A stretch of 34,243 nucleotides of DNA from contig NC_068988.1 in assembly GCF_001194135.2 (NCBI RefSeq), positions 39,379,907 through 39,414,149 on the forward strand, in the 5' to 3' direction. Below the pieces are notes generated by a model. The model saw nothing but the letters and a program-made list of their open reading frames with translations, did not search any database and was not told the origin of the DNA. Shown here in pieces: positions 33,289 to 34,243 of this stretch; within the stretch, counting starts at the first letter, position 1; each line of letters begins with the position of its first letter. This stretch comes from Octopus bimaculoides (lineage: Eukaryota). A program made the translations under genes and the position numbers.

Positions 33289-33914
33289 TATATATATATA
33301 TATATATATATATNNNNNNNNNNNNNNNNNNNNNNNNNNNNNNNNNNNNNNNNNNNNNNNNNNNNNNNNNNNNNNNNNNNNNNNNNNNNNNNNNNNNNNN
33401 NNNNNNNNNNNNNNNNNNNNNNNNNNNNNNNNNNNNNNNNNNNNNNNNNNNNNNNNNNNNNNNNNNNNNNNNNNNNNNNNNNNNNNNNNNNNNNNNNNNN
33501 NNNNNNNNNNNNNNNNNNNNNNNNNNNNNNNNNNNNNGCGTGGAAATACACCCCTTCTTTTCTTATGTATATATATATATATATATATATTAAATATATA
33601 CTTTTATAAAACAAATTTTACAGAATATATAGTATCTGTTAACAGTCTTAGCCAAAAACTCACAGTTGAGTTTTTGTATATATATATGTATACATGTCTC
33701 TTAAAGGATAGAGCTCAAAATCAATGCATTGAAGATACTTTATTGCAGCAACAATTATAATAACAGAAACAACCACAATAAGCCAAACCTATGCACATTT
33801 GAATAGGGTATGCGGGAAAAATAAACTACATCATAAGATGTGTGGTAAAATATTGTAACAAATTACAACATATTACAAATTTCTGGATACTCCATCTCAT
33901 CAGGGTCGCATTAT

Positions 33915-34243
33915 TGCCATAACCAATAGTTAAAGGTTTATGATATGGCCTATATGATTTATTATGCAGATCAAGCGTAACGTCTAAGAAATTAGCTACA
34001 GATATATTGTCCTCAAAAATAATATCCATTCCCATTCTGTGAAAAAATCTAACTAATCTATTTTTTATCCTTTGTACTTGCTGTTTTGAACTATTTCTGA
34101 GAAATAGCAGACAATCATCTCTATACAGACCCCCTCTGATATCTGGGAATTGATCAGCTAACTCATCAAGTATAAAGGAACAAACCACACCGGCAACCTG
34201 GGCCGAATCTGAGCTACCCATAGGTACATCAAACGCATCAGGT
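33915..34243 (-). mobile_element. Penelope-like element reverse transcriptase fragment (Naiad-like), running off the window edge
   Basis: Open frame PDAFDVPMGSSDSAQVAGVVCSFILD...GLYRDDCL...RLVRFF..MGMDI..NISVANFLDVTLDL..SYRPYHKP: PLE-type PMGS, YRDD and NFLD motifs; homology fades after KP. Confidence 0.88.

Larger units (their letters stand above)
2102..33537. other. assembly gaps at 2102-2449, 8870-9587, 11397-12179, 15318-16238, 18763-19587, 20628-20720, 22654-23039, 27748-27757, 31528-31746, 32669-32678, 33314-33537
   Basis: N runs, mostly abutting microsatellites. Confidence 1.

Noticed and set aside
1994-33760. Long ORFs in the supplied track (150-370 aa)
   Set aside because: They run through N gaps or dinucleotide/trinucleotide repeats (HT, CV, YI, RE, poly-T/L peptides) and are not evidence of genes.
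33872-33910. Minus-strand CTGATGA GA TGG-AGTAT-CCA GAAA next to the PLE RT
   Set aside because: No strand complementary to the upstream GCGACC, so stem I is absent; possible relic but unsupported.

Overview
AT-rich, gap-riddled eukaryotic DNA. It has 11 N-gaps and very dense (CA)n/(TA)n/(GA)n/(CATA)n/(TAA)n microsatellites, and it is almost entirely transposon debris. I infer from the recurring tRNA-derived SINEs and the microsatellite load that it is an octopod cephalopod intron or intergenic region. No intact host gene, tRNA/rRNA gene or CRISPR array is supported, and most long ORFs in the track are gap or microsatellite artefacts. Recognisable content: about 19 copies of one tRNA-derived SINE (16 on the minus strand, often stacked) plus two or three other SINE types; fossils of RTE, L1/Tx1, R4/Dong-like and Penelope-like (PLE) retroelements; DD37D (maT) and DD34D mariner transposase relics; and three MITEs, one with perfect 46-bp TIRs. 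The most notable signal is a set of minimal type-I hammerhead ribozyme motifs of the PLE type. One has an intact core and cleavable triplet (33080-33124) and sits in a (TA)n-embedded insert whose left flank is duplicated across a gap, about 0.8 kb from a PLE reverse-transcriptase fragment. A second has an intact core but a G at the cleavage site (20573-20607, minus), and two more are decayed. PLE hammerheads are a known class, so any novelty would be at the family or locus level.
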